Positions 28,653 to 38,030 of a stretch of 53,728 nt of DNA are shown here, piece after piece. The DNA comes from Escherichia phage ES2-BCU-3. Within the stretch, counting starts at the first letter, position 1. Each line of letters opens with the position of its first letter. The translations under genes were made by a program, and so were the position numbers. The stretch lies in the sequence record PV733669.1; one strand, given 5' to 3'. A model generated the notes under the pieces. The model searched no databases, was not told the DNA's origin, and was given only the letters and a program-made list of their open reading frames with translations.

Positions 28653-30623
28653 TTAGTGTGCCTCATCCCAGTTCATACCTATTTGCGCATCTGTAAGAAC
28701 AGGAACACGGAGTGGTAATACAGTTTCCATGACCTTTACAAAGTCTTTAAATCCTGCTTCTGCACTCTTAGTGTTTGGGATAGAGAAGTTTAATTCATCG
28801 TGTACTGTAAGACGTGGAACACCAATCTCGTCAAAGTACCCGTCCTCGTAACCTTTCAGCATACTGGCTTTCATCTGGTCCGCAGAAGAACCTTGAAGGA
28901 CTCGGTTGATTGCTTTGTGGGTGTTAGCCAGTTTAATGTTACCACGGTTGTAGGTAGCAAGAGCTTCATCTTTCGGAAGCGGAGTAAAGCCTTGTCCGCC
29001 CCATTCAGGCACCCACAAATCAAACCACGTTTTGCGGCCCATTATAGTTTCAACGTAACCCTGTGAGTAACATAGCTCTTCATAGTGTTTCATTGTTGCA
29101 CCGATGAATGGTGCACCTTGGTGGTAAGCCGCAAGGATTGGTTCTGCTTCTTCAGGAGTCATAGCCAGCTTACGGGCAAGCGCTTTAAGCATCATGCCAT
29201 ATAACAGACCGAAGTTAATTGTCTTCGCTGGTTTACGTTCTATAATGTGACCTGAGGCTTCCTTAATAATGTCGACCATAACAGCGTGGTAATCTGCTTC
29301 CGGGTTAGCCGCAAAAATTGCTCGTAACTCATCAGCACCCGGTCCGACTGCAAAATGCGCCATGAATCGATACTCGATTTGGGCGTAGTCGGCGGAAGCC
29401 CATCTGTGTCCAAGGTCCGGTACGAAACAAGAACGAACGAGTGGTCCCAATACTTTGTGTCGAGACGGTATATTCTGCAGATTAGGGTCAGATGAGCTAA
29501 ACCGACCACTAACGGTTCCGCCGTCATCACCGCGCATTTGATGGAATTGACCGTGAAGGAAGCCATTTGTATTCATCCCCAAGATGTAGCCACGAATGAA
29601 CGTGGACTGGATTTTCTCATAGGACTTAATCTCGGAAATAAGCTCTGCAAACGGATGATGCAGGCCTGCAAGAAAGTCCGCCGTAAATGATGGGTTACCT
29701 GCTTTAGTTCTGCCATACTCCAGACCTAAATGGTCAAAGGCAAGAGCAAGGTCACTACCCGAGTTGACGTTAACATTGAAACCAAGCTGGTCACGTATCT
29801 GCTTGTGCATCTTCTTAATCTCCTCGGACAATCTGTCGTCGGCGACCTTCGCTGCATCCAAGTCAACACGTACGCCTGCAAAACGCATTTTCAACATTAA
29901 TGGAATGAGCTTGCACTCCATATAAAACACGTCAGTTAAAGCCCAGCGTTGAAGTAAAGGCCACTGGGCTTTCATGATGTGGATTGGTAAGTCCGCATCT
30001 GATTCTGCATAGTAGCCCACAAGACGTGGAGGCGTTTTGTAGATGTACTTACGGGCTTCACCTGTAGGTTTACACCCGTAAGCTTCCGCAATCCACTCAT
30101 ACATTTCTGCTGAGTCTTTGCCTTCACCTACATATTTTCTTCCAAGTCCTTCCAACGCCACACGCGCACCTGGATCGAGAAGAGCTTCTGCATATTGAAC
30201 ATCCATGCACAGTCCTTTGACTTCCACGCCTTCTGCAGAAAGCCAGCCCAGGTCATATGTGATGTTAGCACCGACTTTAGTCTGCTCAGGTCGCGAAAGT
30301 TCCCGTCGTAACCAACCAAATACTTGCTCAACTGGTAGGTTATCCTCTGCTCCGAGTTCGTGTCGTATTGGGTAGTAAGCTTTGAATCCGTTGTCAGTGG
30401 CGACACTAACTCCAACGATATGACCTTCCCGCCTGGCCCAACCAGAACCATTTGTGTCCATCCCTGGGTCCCATGTTTCACAGTCAATACCGATAAGCTT
30501 CGCAGAAGACAAATCCGGGTAATGCGCGCGCGGCCGCCATCCAGTATCCCTGACATGCGGAATAGGACGGTTGATAGGTTTAACATTCTTGACCCCTTCG
30601 AATCCATCAAAAAGAAAACTCAT
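28653..30623 (-). CDS. DNA polymerase I (family A) with 3'-5' exonuclease domain
   Basis: Exo motifs IGIDCETWD, ITYDLGWL, YAESDADL; polymerase motifs A (DYAQIEYR), B (RKPAKTINFGLLYGM), C (VHDELNF). Confidence 0.85.
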   Translation of the reverse strand: MSFLFDGFEGVKNVKPINRPIPHVRDTGWRPRAHYPDLSSAKLIGIDCETWDPGMDTNGSGWARREGHIVGVSVATDNGFKAYYPIRHELGAEDNLPVEQVFGWLRRELSRPEQTKVGANITYDLGWLSAEGVEVKGLCMDVQYAEALLDPGARVALEGLGRKYVGEGKDSAEMYEWIAEAYGCKPTGEARKYIYKTPPRLVGYYAESDADLPIHIMKAQWPLLQRWALTDVFYMECKLIPLMLKMRFAGVRVDLDAAKVADDRLSEEIKKMHKQIRDQLGFNVNVNSGSDLALAFDHLGLEYGRTKAGNPSFTADFLAGLHHPFAELISEIKSYEKIQSTFIRGYILGMNTNGFLHGQFHQMRGDDGGTVSGRFSSSDPNLQNIPSRHKVLGPLVRSCFVPDLGHRWASADYAQIEYRFMAHFAVGPGADELRAIFAANPEADYHAVMVDIIKEASGHIIERKPAKTINFGLLYGMMLKALARKLAMTPEEAEPILAAYHQGAPFIGATMKHYEELCYSQGYVETIMGRKTWFDLWVPEWGGQGFTPLPKDEALATYNRGNIKLANTHKAINRVLQGSSADQMKASMLKGYEDGYFDEIGVPRLTVHDELNFSIPNTKSAEAGFKDFVKVMETVLPLRVPVLTDAQIGMNWDEAH

Positions 30624-31618
30624 TGTCCTGCCCTCACGTACGCAAGTACAACTGTACGCGTGTCGTTCTCCATCTTAAGCGCCTGACTTCCTAGTCCAAT
30701 ACGTTGCATGCCTTTTGCAAGTTTGCTCACTTGACTTATAACACAGTTAAATGGCTTTGTAAACTTAGTTGACTCAAAGTTGATGTCAACAGTCATCTTT
30801 GGAATCACATCGTCTGGAAGGTTAGCCTTTGCCTTGCTTTCGCTTATAACCTGCAAGATTGCTTGACCTTCGTCGTAACCCGTAAGCTGGTCCATAACTT
30901 CCAGGAACTCAGGTGTGATGTCTTCCATGTTCATTTCCATGCTGAAGAACTTGGAGATGTCTGGCCATGTTGCCGCAAGCACAGGTGAATCCATCTGCAC
31001 GTTATCTTCAAACCCGAAGAACATCTGGCCGCGAGTATAACCTACACTTGTGGGTTCCATCTTCAGCTTAACCAAAGCATCAAGCATTGGCTTTGAAATA
31101 GCACATTCAAATTCAAAGTCAACGTTAAGCTTCTCACGAATCATATACTTACCATTTGTCGCGTAAGCATAGCCATCGCGTAAAAGTAATGATGTCGCCC
31201 AGACTTGTGGAGCCTCGCTAGGTACCCATTTTGCGAGAGCTGATAAAACTGGGAGGAGTTCTCCATGTGCGGAGTACCACGTATTGACTGAAGTAACTGG
31301 TGGCAGAACTTCAGATAAGCATTGCATTCTTGTCTTAAGAACTCCTGCTGTGACAGTGAGGTTCCCTCCGGCGGTGATATTGAAAGTAATCTCTTTAGTC
31401 CGTGCAGCATTAACGGCCTTGCGAAATGATTCAGCATCAACTTGTATGTCTGGGAAACCTGGCGATGGTACTCGTAATAATACGTTCTTGTAGAACGAGT
31501 GCATGACTTCCTTGTCCACCCATAGCTTGCCCATAAGACCGCTATCATTGTACTTGACAGGACGAACCCTTTCAACGATTTTCTGTAAGGCTTTGGTGTC
31601 ATAGTTAAATTTGCCCAT
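30620..31618 (-). CDS. Hypothetical replication-associated protein
   Basis: 332-aa ORF ATGA-coupled to the polymerase gene; no motif recognised. Confidence 0.5.
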   Translation of the reverse strand: MGKFNYDTKALQKIVERVRPVKYNDSGLMGKLWVDKEVMHSFYKNVLLRVPSPGFPDIQVDAESFRKAVNAARTKEITFNITAGGNLTVTAGVLKTRMQCLSEVLPPVTSVNTWYSAHGELLPVLSALAKWVPSEAPQVWATSLLLRDGYAYATNGKYMIREKLNVDFEFECAISKPMLDALVKLKMEPTSVGYTRGQMFFGFEDNVQMDSPVLAATWPDISKFFSMEMNMEDITPEFLEVMDQLTGYDEGQAILQVISESKAKANLPDDVIPKMTVDINFESTKFTKPFNCVISQVSKLAKGMQRIGLGSQALKMENDTRTVVLAYVRAGQ

Positions 31619-31650
31619 AGTTAAAAGGGCGACCTAAGCCGCCCGTCTCC

Positions 31651-32535
31651 TTATACAGCCATTGGTAACTTAATGTTTGCCATCGGCGTATATTCCGCCA
31701 TCAGGCCGTTCAAATCATCAACGCGGAAGTTGAAGATTGATTTGTCGTAGATTGCGTTGATTGATGGTCGACGACGTGCGTTAGTGTCATACATCTCATC
31801 AGCGTTCTCTACGATACGCTCAAGAAACTGCTTTGAAGCGTCAACATGGTTTTCGTAGATATGGTAATCACCCAGGGTAACAGTCAGGTCACCAATGGCA
31901 CAACCTACTTCAGCCGCCAACATAATCTGCAGTAACTGATGCAGGAGAATGTCATGTGGCAGGCCAAGAATCACGTCAGCGCTACGCATATGGAACATCA
32001 GCTCAAGCTCATTTGCCCCATTAACAAAACACTGGAAGCCATGATAGCAAGGCGGTAGGGCCATGCTCGGCATCTCTTGTGGGTTCCATGCCGTTACATA
32101 CATACGGCGGTCTGTAGGATTGGTCTTCAGCGTATGCACCAGCTCTTGCAACTGGTCTGTCAGCTCGCCGTTCTTCCAGTACTCTTTAACCCATTGAGCA
32201 CCATATACAGGACCTAAGTCACGGTTATCAGGTGTGCCCCAACGTTTGTTTGCGTCCTGCAGGTTAGCTTCCCACCAGTTACAACCCAACATCTTCAAAG
32301 TATCGACGTTGGTAATGCCGTTGATAAAGCAATAAAGCTCAGCACCTACAGCTTTGATGTTAACAGGCTTGAAGATTGGAACCATCAGCTTGTTGTCTTT
32401 AAATGCCAGTTTGAAAGCAGTGCCAAACAGGCGGCGAGTACCGGTACCGGTGCGGTCACCTGACTGCTCACCCTTATTCAGGATGGTAGAAATCAGGTCG
32501 TCGTACAGTGCGTCAACAGTTTGGTATGTTTTCAT
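31651..32535 (-). CDS. thyA: Thymidylate synthase (ThyA family)
   Basis: Motifs DLGPVYGAQW, RSADVILGLP, DYHIYENH (Asn retained, dUMP-type) and active-site Cys in LPPCY (canonical PCH). Co-occurring DHFR favours a true synthase. Confidence 0.75.
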   Translation of the reverse strand: MKTYQTVDALYDDLISTILNKGEQSGDRTGTGTRRLFGTAFKLAFKDNKLMVPIFKPVNIKAVGAELYCFINGITNVDTLKMLGCNWWEANLQDANKRWGTPDNRDLGPVYGAQWVKEYWKNGELTDQLQELVHTLKTNPTDRRMYVTAWNPQEMPSMALPPCYHGFQCFVNGANELELMFHMRSADVILGLPHDILLHQLLQIMLAAEVGCAIGDLTVTLGDYHIYENHVDASKQFLERIVENADEMYDTNARRRPSINAIYDKSIFNFRVDDLNGLMAEYTPMANIKLPMAV

Positions 32536-33128
32536 TACAGCAGTTCCAGTTGGTTAGGGTTAGTGTGTGCATTGATAATTGCCTGGATGTCAGGTTTGAC
32601 CCAACCTTCTGGCTTAACAATGTCCTGGCCTGATTTGTGCTTACTGTTGCTTGCATCAGGTTTAGCACGTTCTTTCGCCATGTTGGCTTTCTGTACAGCG
32701 TCCCATGCATCATCCAGCGGCCAGTTGTTTGCAGCACACCAGTTGATAAGATGGATGATAAGCTGTGCCAGGCGGTCGCAGTGAGTGTCTTCGGTATCTT
32801 TAACATATACACGAAGACCCTTGGCATCAAACTTCTCCATCCAGCTGCATGGGTCAATGAAATGAATAGGGTATTCAAATTCATTTGAGAACCAGGTAGT
32901 CTGGTCATACAGGTAGAGAGTACCTGCAGCGATATAGATAAGGTCAACAATGCCGTCCAGGAATTCAGCTTTGTCGCCTTCCTTGATGGCTTTCTCAATC
33001 TCATCCATCTCTTCGATGAGACGGTCATAGCGAAGTTTGAACTCAGGCTTACCGCCTTCACTGATAGGTTTGAGGTCAAACTTCTGGTGGAAAGCAGTTA
33101 CACCTGCAGCAATTTTACTGAATCGCAT
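32535..33128 (-). CDS. MazG-like nucleoside triphosphate pyrophosphohydrolase (putative)
   Basis: EEMDEIEKAIKEGDKAEFLDGIVDLIY resembles the MazG/all-alpha NTP-PPase acidic helix; ATG at 33128 with AAGGAG 7 nt upstream (track ORF extends to 33200); TAATG junction with thyA. Confidence 0.45.
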   Translation of the reverse strand: MRFSKIAAGVTAFHQKFDLKPISEGGKPEFKLRYDRLIEEMDEIEKAIKEGDKAEFLDGIVDLIYIAAGTLYLYDQTTWFSNEFEYPIHFIDPCSWMEKFDAKGLRVYVKDTEDTHCDRLAQLIIHLINWCAANNWPLDDAWDAVQKANMAKERAKPDASNSKHKSGQDIVKPEGWVKPDIQAIINAHTNPNQLELL

Positions 33129-33513
33129 CACGGAGCTCCTTACATACAGTTTCGATGAATTTACGTTTGGTCTCAGTAGACCAGATAATATGACGGGCAC
33201 GTTCTACAACGTCGTAACGGTCTTTACCCACAGGAAAGGGAACAATGAAAAGGCCAGTACGGGAGATGCGCTTGATATACGGAAACTTGCAGCGCATGGT
33301 TGTTTCAAATGCTGTGAAGGCACGTTGTACGCCAGCTGTGAATTTTACCTTATCAAACTCATATTCAATGTCTTTGGCATACTGACACACTTTGGCGAAA
33401 GCATCTGCAGGCAGATAGTCTTCACGACCAGTGTTATTGACAAAATCTATTTGACCCTGCAGACGCAGAATCCAGATGTGGTAATATGATTCGGCAACAC
33501 GTTGTAAGTTCAT
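33115..33513 (-). CDS. Hypothetical protein
   Basis: 132-aa ORF with AGGAGAG RBS and its own promoter. Confidence 0.5.
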   Translation of the reverse strand: MNLQRVAESYYHIWILRLQGQIDFVNNTGREDYLPADAFAKVCQYAKDIEYEFDKVKFTAGVQRAFTAFETTMRCKFPYIKRISRTGLFIVPFPVGKDRYDVVERARHIIWSTETKRKFIETVCKELRDAIQ

Positions 33514-33541
33514 TGTACTCTCTCCTAATGAAATATAACTT

Positions 33542-33570
33542 ATTATACTACATCACTCTCTAGGGGTAAA
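33542..33570 (-). promoter_or_regulatory. Sigma70-like promoter (TTTACC-17-TATAAT), minus strand
   Basis: Reverse complement of ggtaaa(33565..33570) and attata(33542..33547). Confidence 0.5.
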
Positions 33571-33600
33571 GCACTTTTTTATATTCGGGTAAAAGAAAAA

Positions 33601-33624
33601 GGACCAGCGCAAACTGGTCCTTTT
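33601..33624 (-). terminator. Rho-independent terminator (works on either strand)
   Basis: Stem ggaccag(33601..33607)/ctggtcc(33614..33620), loop cgcaaa; minus-strand reading is followed by TTTTTCTTTT. Confidence 0.7.
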
Positions 33625-34087
33625 GGCAGGGCTGGATGATTACACAAGGAGTAGAAACAATGCAACTGTCAACGTCATGCACTTCCGGTACACTTGCTGT
33701 GCGCTCTCCTCGGCGAAGTATATAGCGTTACACTTATCACAAGGATTAAGAGAAGAGCACACAGCAAGTAACCAGCTTAGTTGTGGTGTTTCAGCGACCT
33801 GGTGTTATTGTGGATAACCTGCCATCCCGCGAGGATGTCAAAAAGGAAAATGCCAAAACACCACAACTAAATTGGTTGACCGCCATCTACATCCGGCGCC
33901 AGGGTCAAGGTAGCGAGCCAATACCCCTTATGGCGTCCTGGGACTCAAACCCAGGCATCATGGCATTTCCCAAATCTCGGTCAGCGAGCAGAATTGAACT
34001 GCATTCACTGGACACCCTCACTGAACACCAACGCACCAGGCTTAATCAGTTTGTTGAAAAGGAGAGTTGTAAGGATGTCCATTGAAT

Positions 34088-34105
34088 GCACCTCCGAAGA
34101 GGTGC
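34088..34105 (-). other. Stable UUCG-tetraloop hairpin just 3' of the 156-aa gene
   Basis: Minus strand reads GCACCUC-UUCG-GAGGUGC; no U-tract follows, so more likely an RNA-stability or processing element than a terminator. Confidence 0.5.
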
Positions 34106-34123
34106 GTTCGTGATCAGCGCCGA

Positions 34124-34594
34124 TTATTCTGCGTCGTTGTCAACGTCAGTTTCGGTATTACCGCCAGCCAGTGCAGCCGCTTCAGCTTTAGCAGCTTCGG
34201 CTTTCTGACGAGCTTTTTCAGCTTTCTCTTCAGCTTTGCGAATCTGCTCAGCAGCTTTCGCTTCGGCTTTTTCAGCTTTAGCTTTAGCACGCGCTTCAGC
34301 TTTCAGACGCTTCTCTTCGGCTTTAGCCGCATCACGTTCTGCTTTCGCAGTATCGATGCGTTTAGCCAGAACTTTACCGGTCGCTTTACGCCAGTAGGTC
34401 AGCTGAGAAGAAACGGTGCCGCGGGACATTTCGGTTTGTGCAACCACTTTGTCCATAACGTCAGAGCTGGATTCGCCTGCTTCGTGTGCCTGGTCAGCCA
34501 GGTCCCAAACAAAACGCGCACCAGTGCCAGCTGCCGGGTACATAACGCCGTTTACTTCTTCTTTACCAGATACAAAAGTCAGTTTCTCGCTCAT
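34124..34594 (-). CDS. Ala/Lys/Glu-rich low-complexity protein
   Basis: 156 aa; C-terminal half is near-repetitive KAE/AKA helix (AKAEEKRLKAEARAKAKAEKAEAKAAEQ...); GAGGA RBS; own promoter. Confidence 0.55.
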   Translation of the reverse strand: MSEKLTFVSGKEEVNGVMYPAAGTGARFVWDLADQAHEAGESSSDVMDKVVAQTEMSRGTVSSQLTYWRKATGKVLAKRIDTAKAERDAAKAEEKRLKAEARAKAKAEKAEAKAAEQIRKAEEKAEKARQKAEAAKAEAAALAGGNTETDVDNDAE

Positions 34595-34639
34595 AATTTT
34601 TTCCTCGTCTACAGGGCTTAATGTTTGTTTACGTGGTTA

Positions 34640-34668
34640 AGTATAACCCTTTTAAAAAAGTATGTACA
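34640..34668 (-). promoter_or_regulatory. Early-type promoter (GTGTACATA -35 region, TATACT -10), minus strand
   Basis: Minus strand reads GTGTACATAC-N15-TATACT; tgtaca at 34663..34668, agtata at 34640..34645. Confidence 0.5.
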
Positions 34669-34697
34669 CATCTTTTTTAAACTTTTTTCATACGCGT

Positions 34698-34931
34698 CTA
34701 AAAAGGAATGTCATACTCAAAATCTTTACAACCGGATGCTTGTATCTTCGGCGGCGGTAACTTGCCTCCGAACCGTGTACAAACATCTTCCTTATAATAG
34801 AGGCACTGCACACAACTCATATCCTGTAAAAAGATGATGAGTTGTCTACGAGCTTCTGGCGGCAACGTCTTTGCGATTGCTGCCACTTTATTGAATTCAT
34901 CTTGGTTGGCCAAAACCATTCCCCCAGTCAT
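34698..34931 (-). CDS. Small Cys-rich protein
   Basis: 77 aa with CVQC...C...C spacing suggesting a zinc-binding fold; overlaps the 3' end of the helicase gene by 35 nt. Confidence 0.4.
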   Translation of the reverse strand: MTGGMVLANQDEFNKVAAIAKTLPPEARRQLIIFLQDMSCVQCLYYKEDVCTRFGGKLPPPKIQASGCKDFEYDIPF

Positions 34932-36570
34932 AGTTCATGATTTGTGGGTAAGGGCGTTTAATCCATACCTTCAGTTGCTTAGGTACAGCAAGCTCACCCT
35001 TACGTTTGATAAACTCGTCACATGTTGATGGAGGTTCAGTGCCTGCAGCATTCTTCCACCAAGCATCTGCCATATTCTTAGCAGACCCATAAGCTTCAAC
35101 GTTGACCCATGTTGTGTATATCTCCAGGTTAGAATAGTATATTACCTTTATACTATCGGGTCTTCCTGGTTTCTGAAACAACGAATAGTTTACCAGCGTA
35201 ACTGATTTGTCTACAACACGAAGCTGTCCATTCGTCATTACTTCTTCTTCCGAAGATTCCATTGCAATAGCAGGACCTGACGTCTGGAATGTGAATTCAT
35301 GCCCGCAAGCAGGATATACACCGTTTTCATCAGGCTTACTTCCTTTAGCAGGATGCTTACAGAACTTGGCTGCAAATCCACTTACCTGATGGCAGATAGG
35401 ACATTCCTTGCCACCAACAGTCTTTGGTCCGCCTTTCTTTTTCTTCTTGCCAAGACGCGGAGGTACTGCAGGGTCGTCGATAGGACCAAGGTCAATAGTG
35501 TTAGATGTAAAGTCCATTACCAGGCAGTTCTCTTTACCCGGCGCAGTACGTAAACCACGACCCAGAATCTGTACCCACAAAGCGACAGAAGTGGATGGTC
35601 TGAGAATCCCGAGCATATCAATCTCTGGATAGTCAAACCCTGTTGTCAATACGTTTACGTTAACACAGACACGAGCTCTACCACTTGTAAACTCATCAAG
35701 CAGATGCTCTCGCTCTTTCTTACTTAACCCGCCATGTATGACAACTGTCTTCCATCCGCGTATCTCGAACTCATCGGCTACTTCATACGCATGGTCAACA
35801 CTTACTGCAAACACAAGTATGTGATGCCTGTCACTACCATAGTGCATCATCTCACGAATGGCTGCACCGGTTATGTCTGCCTGATTGACTGCTGCTTCAA
35901 GTTCGGAAGGTATGTAATCACCCATACGTGTTCCGACATTCGAAGTGTCAATCTTAGTTAATACTTTCTTATTGACAAGGCGTGACAAGAAACCTTCATT
36001 CACCAGACGAGTGAATGAGTCAGGTGTTGTCAGGTCATAACAAATGTCTGTAAAGATACCGCAATCAAGTAAGTGACCACCGGCTAAACGATACGGAGTT
36101 GCTGTAAGACCAGTAACCTTAATCTTCGGGTTAACTTCCTTGAAGTGCGCAATAACCTTACGATAAGTTGTCTCGGACTTCTCTGGAACAAGATGAGCTT
36201 CGTCAATGAAGATAAGGTTGAACTTACCAGCTTCTTCCAGGTTGTTGATGATGGACTGAATTGATGCTACAACAATACGACCTGATAAGTCTTTACGACC
36301 TACAGATGATGAGTAGATTGAAACTGGTGCATGTGGCCAGTGACGAGTAATAGCCTTGGCATCCTGCTCAACAAGCTCTTTAACGTGTGTCAGGATAAGA
36401 ATACGTTGACGAGGATATTGAGTAAGAATATCCTTCATAAGCATACCGAGTACAGGAGACTTACCTGACCCAGTAGGCATGACAATCAATGGATTGCCTG
36501 AATGTGAATTGAAGTAAGACCACCAAGCGGTGACTGCTTCTTGTTGATACCAGCGAGCTTCAAAAGCCAT
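34897..36570 (-). CDS. DEAD/DEAH-box (SF2) DNA helicase
   Basis: Motif I MPTGSGKS, II FIDEAH, III LTATP, VI QILGRGLR; C-terminal Cys pairs (CPICH...C) suggest a zinc finger. Confidence 0.8.
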   Translation of the reverse strand: MAFEARWYQQEAVTAWWSYFNSHSGNPLIVMPTGSGKSPVLGMLMKDILTQYPRQRILILTHVKELVEQDAKAITRHWPHAPVSIYSSSVGRKDLSGRIVVASIQSIINNLEEAGKFNLIFIDEAHLVPEKSETTYRKVIAHFKEVNPKIKVTGLTATPYRLAGGHLLDCGIFTDICYDLTTPDSFTRLVNEGFLSRLVNKKVLTKIDTSNVGTRMGDYIPSELEAAVNQADITGAAIREMMHYGSDRHHILVFAVSVDHAYEVADEFEIRGWKTVVIHGGLSKKEREHLLDEFTSGRARVCVNVNVLTTGFDYPEIDMLGILRPSTSVALWVQILGRGLRTAPGKENCLVMDFTSNTIDLGPIDDPAVPPRLGKKKKKGGPKTVGGKECPICHQVSGFAAKFCKHPAKGSKPDENGVYPACGHEFTFQTSGPAIAMESSEEEVMTNGQLRVVDKSVTLVNYSLFQKPGRPDSIKVIYYSNLEIYTTWVNVEAYGSAKNMADAWWKNAAGTEPPSTCDEFIKRKGELAVPKQLKVWIKRPYPQIMNYDWGNGFGQPR

Positions 36571-36628
36571 TTAACGTCTCCTCACTTAATATAGACATTA
36601 TATCACTTCCATGTGATAACGTACACTT

Positions 36629-37504
36629 TTACTTTAAGGAGAAGGTGACTGGTTCTTCACTTTGTGGGAAGACGTCTGCAGGTTTATAATCCCCGCATGC
36701 TGCCAGTTGTGTTTGAATTGTTTCAAGGTTATGGTTATGCTTTTTACAGTACCATACCTTGCCCTGTACAGGAGATGAATATGCACAGGTCCGGCAGTTC
36801 TTATCTGGTGCAGCACCTTTGTGGCACAGATGATGGTATTCACACATACCTACACGACACTGCCACCACAACGGCGATTCAGAAAGCTTCGGCATATCAA
36901 GACCAGACTCAGCAGTAATCACGGCTTCTGCTTTTGACAGCTGCATATCACTTTCTAACAGGTCAAGAGTAATCTCTTCATAATACATCTCATCGGTGTT
37001 CTTGTTGATTGCGATGTATAACGCCCTGTCAAGCTTCAGCTCTCGCATATAAACCTGCATCTGAGAATAGTGAACAGGCTTACTTGCTTTAACAGACTTG
37101 TGCTTAATCAGCTCTTTGAATGACTTGTCGCCGTGTGTCTTAAACTCGGTTAAAGCCCATACGCCATTGAACTTGATTACACAGTCACACGAACCAGAAA
37201 AGATGTCGTTGAATTTACTGATTCGCCATTGCTTACCCGTCTTAGGGTTTACAGGCAATACTTCTTCACAAACAGAGCGAAGCCAACCGATAATACGGTC
37301 TTCTTCCAGCGTACCACGGTTAAACAATCGTAACTGCTTAGCTGTGAACTTCTCTTTGTATGACCAGTGCAATACGTGCCACAGGTAACGGTAGCACTCG
37401 TGTCCAATTTGTGAAGCGCCTAAATGTCCGCGACGTTCTTCCTTCTCGTGGGCTTCTACAATAGCAACATCAATACGTTTGCCAATCTTATCCAGCAATC
37501 CCAT
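36629..37504 (-). CDS. PD-(D/E)XK nuclease with Cys cluster (Cas4/RecB-like, putative)
   Basis: D...EFK-type core (DCVIKFNGVWALTEFK), an N-terminal Cys (HECY) and C-terminal C-x4-C-x5-C cluster plus CRTC...C...H; start placed at ATG 37504 with GGAG RBS (alternative ATG 37540; track 37627). Confidence 0.45.
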   Translation of the reverse strand: MGLLDKIGKRIDVAIVEAHEKEERRGHLGASQIGHECYRYLWHVLHWSYKEKFTAKQLRLFNRGTLEEDRIIGWLRSVCEEVLPVNPKTGKQWRISKFNDIFSGSCDCVIKFNGVWALTEFKTHGDKSFKELIKHKSVKASKPVHYSQMQVYMRELKLDRALYIAINKNTDEMYYEEITLDLLESDMQLSKAEAVITAESGLDMPKLSESPLWWQCRVGMCEYHHLCHKGAAPDKNCRTCAYSSPVQGKVWYCKKHNHNLETIQTQLAACGDYKPADVFPQSEEPVTFSLK

Positions 37505-37505
37505 T

Positions 37506-37970
37506 CTAGTCTCCTGCAAGGTCTCCAGGTTCAAACTCATCGTAGATAACTCCTGCTCCCACAACCAGGTGAGAGACGGCGTTTGCCATGCTGTCTTTCC
37601 ACTTGGATTGCTTAGCCTTGTGTACAAAGGCTACAACACGTCTGACGTGTAAATTGGCAGTAAGCATCTTCGCACAATGTTCGCACGGAGGATATGTGAT
37701 GTATACAGTAACCGGGCCTAACGAGGAAGCGTCTAACTCCTTCCTTATATTAGCTAGTGCATTTACCTCACTATGTATAGTGAGAGCGTTCTTAAGCTCA
37801 TTAGGCACCTCCTTTAAGGCGTCTAACTGCTCAGGCAAACCGTTATAACCTGTTGATATAATTCGCTTTTTGGCATCGACGATTACACATCCAACCTGGC
37901 GCTTAGGGTCCTTAGACCAGCTAGCAATCTCCTGAGCCACTCGTAAAAAACGCTTATCCCACTTATCCAT
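37506..37970 (-). CDS. dCMP deaminase
   Basis: Zinc-binding motifs HSEVNA and PCEHC; ATG at 37970 with GGAGGA RBS (track ORF starts at TTG 37988). Confidence 0.75.
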   Translation of the reverse strand: MDKWDKRFLRVAQEIASWSKDPKRQVGCVIVDAKKRIISTGYNGLPEQLDALKEVPNELKNALTIHSEVNALANIRKELDASSLGPVTVYITYPPCEHCAKMLTANLHVRRVVAFVHKAKQSKWKDSMANAVSHLVVGAGVIYDEFEPGDLAGD

Positions 37971-37981
37971 AGTATCCTCCG

Positions 37982-38010
37982 CATACAAAAACAGGAGCCG
38001 AAGCTCCTGT
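37982..38010 (-). terminator. Rho-independent terminator with UUCG tetraloop, minus strand
   Basis: Minus strand reads ACAGGAGC-UUCG-GCUCCUGU followed by UUUUUGUAU; stems at 37991..37998 and 38003..38010. Confidence 0.6.
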
Positions 38011-38030
38011 TTGATTATACCTGGGTTAGA

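Noticed and set aside
31651-32535. Claiming DNA hypermodification (5-hydroxymethyl-dU pathway) from the ThyA-like gene
   Set aside because: DHFR is present and the dUMP-specifying Asn is retained, which fits ordinary thymidylate synthesis; no hydroxymethyl-nucleotide kinase or transferase was recognised.
33809-33817. Single perfect DnaA box as proof of an origin
   Set aside because: One 9-mer is expected by chance about once in a genome this size; reported only as a supporting observation.
33936-33985. Possible tRNA (hairpins resembling T-arms: cctggg-7nt-cccagg and gcag-TTCAATT-ctgc)
   Set aside because: No matching acceptor stem, D-arm or anticodon arm could be built by eye; kept only as part of the structured-region finding.
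33623-34085. Plus-strand ORFs of 64 and 100 aa in the ORF-poor region
   Set aside because: No RBS, GTG-only start for the longer one, opposite to all neighbouring genes, and composition not protein-like; the region is treated as non-coding.
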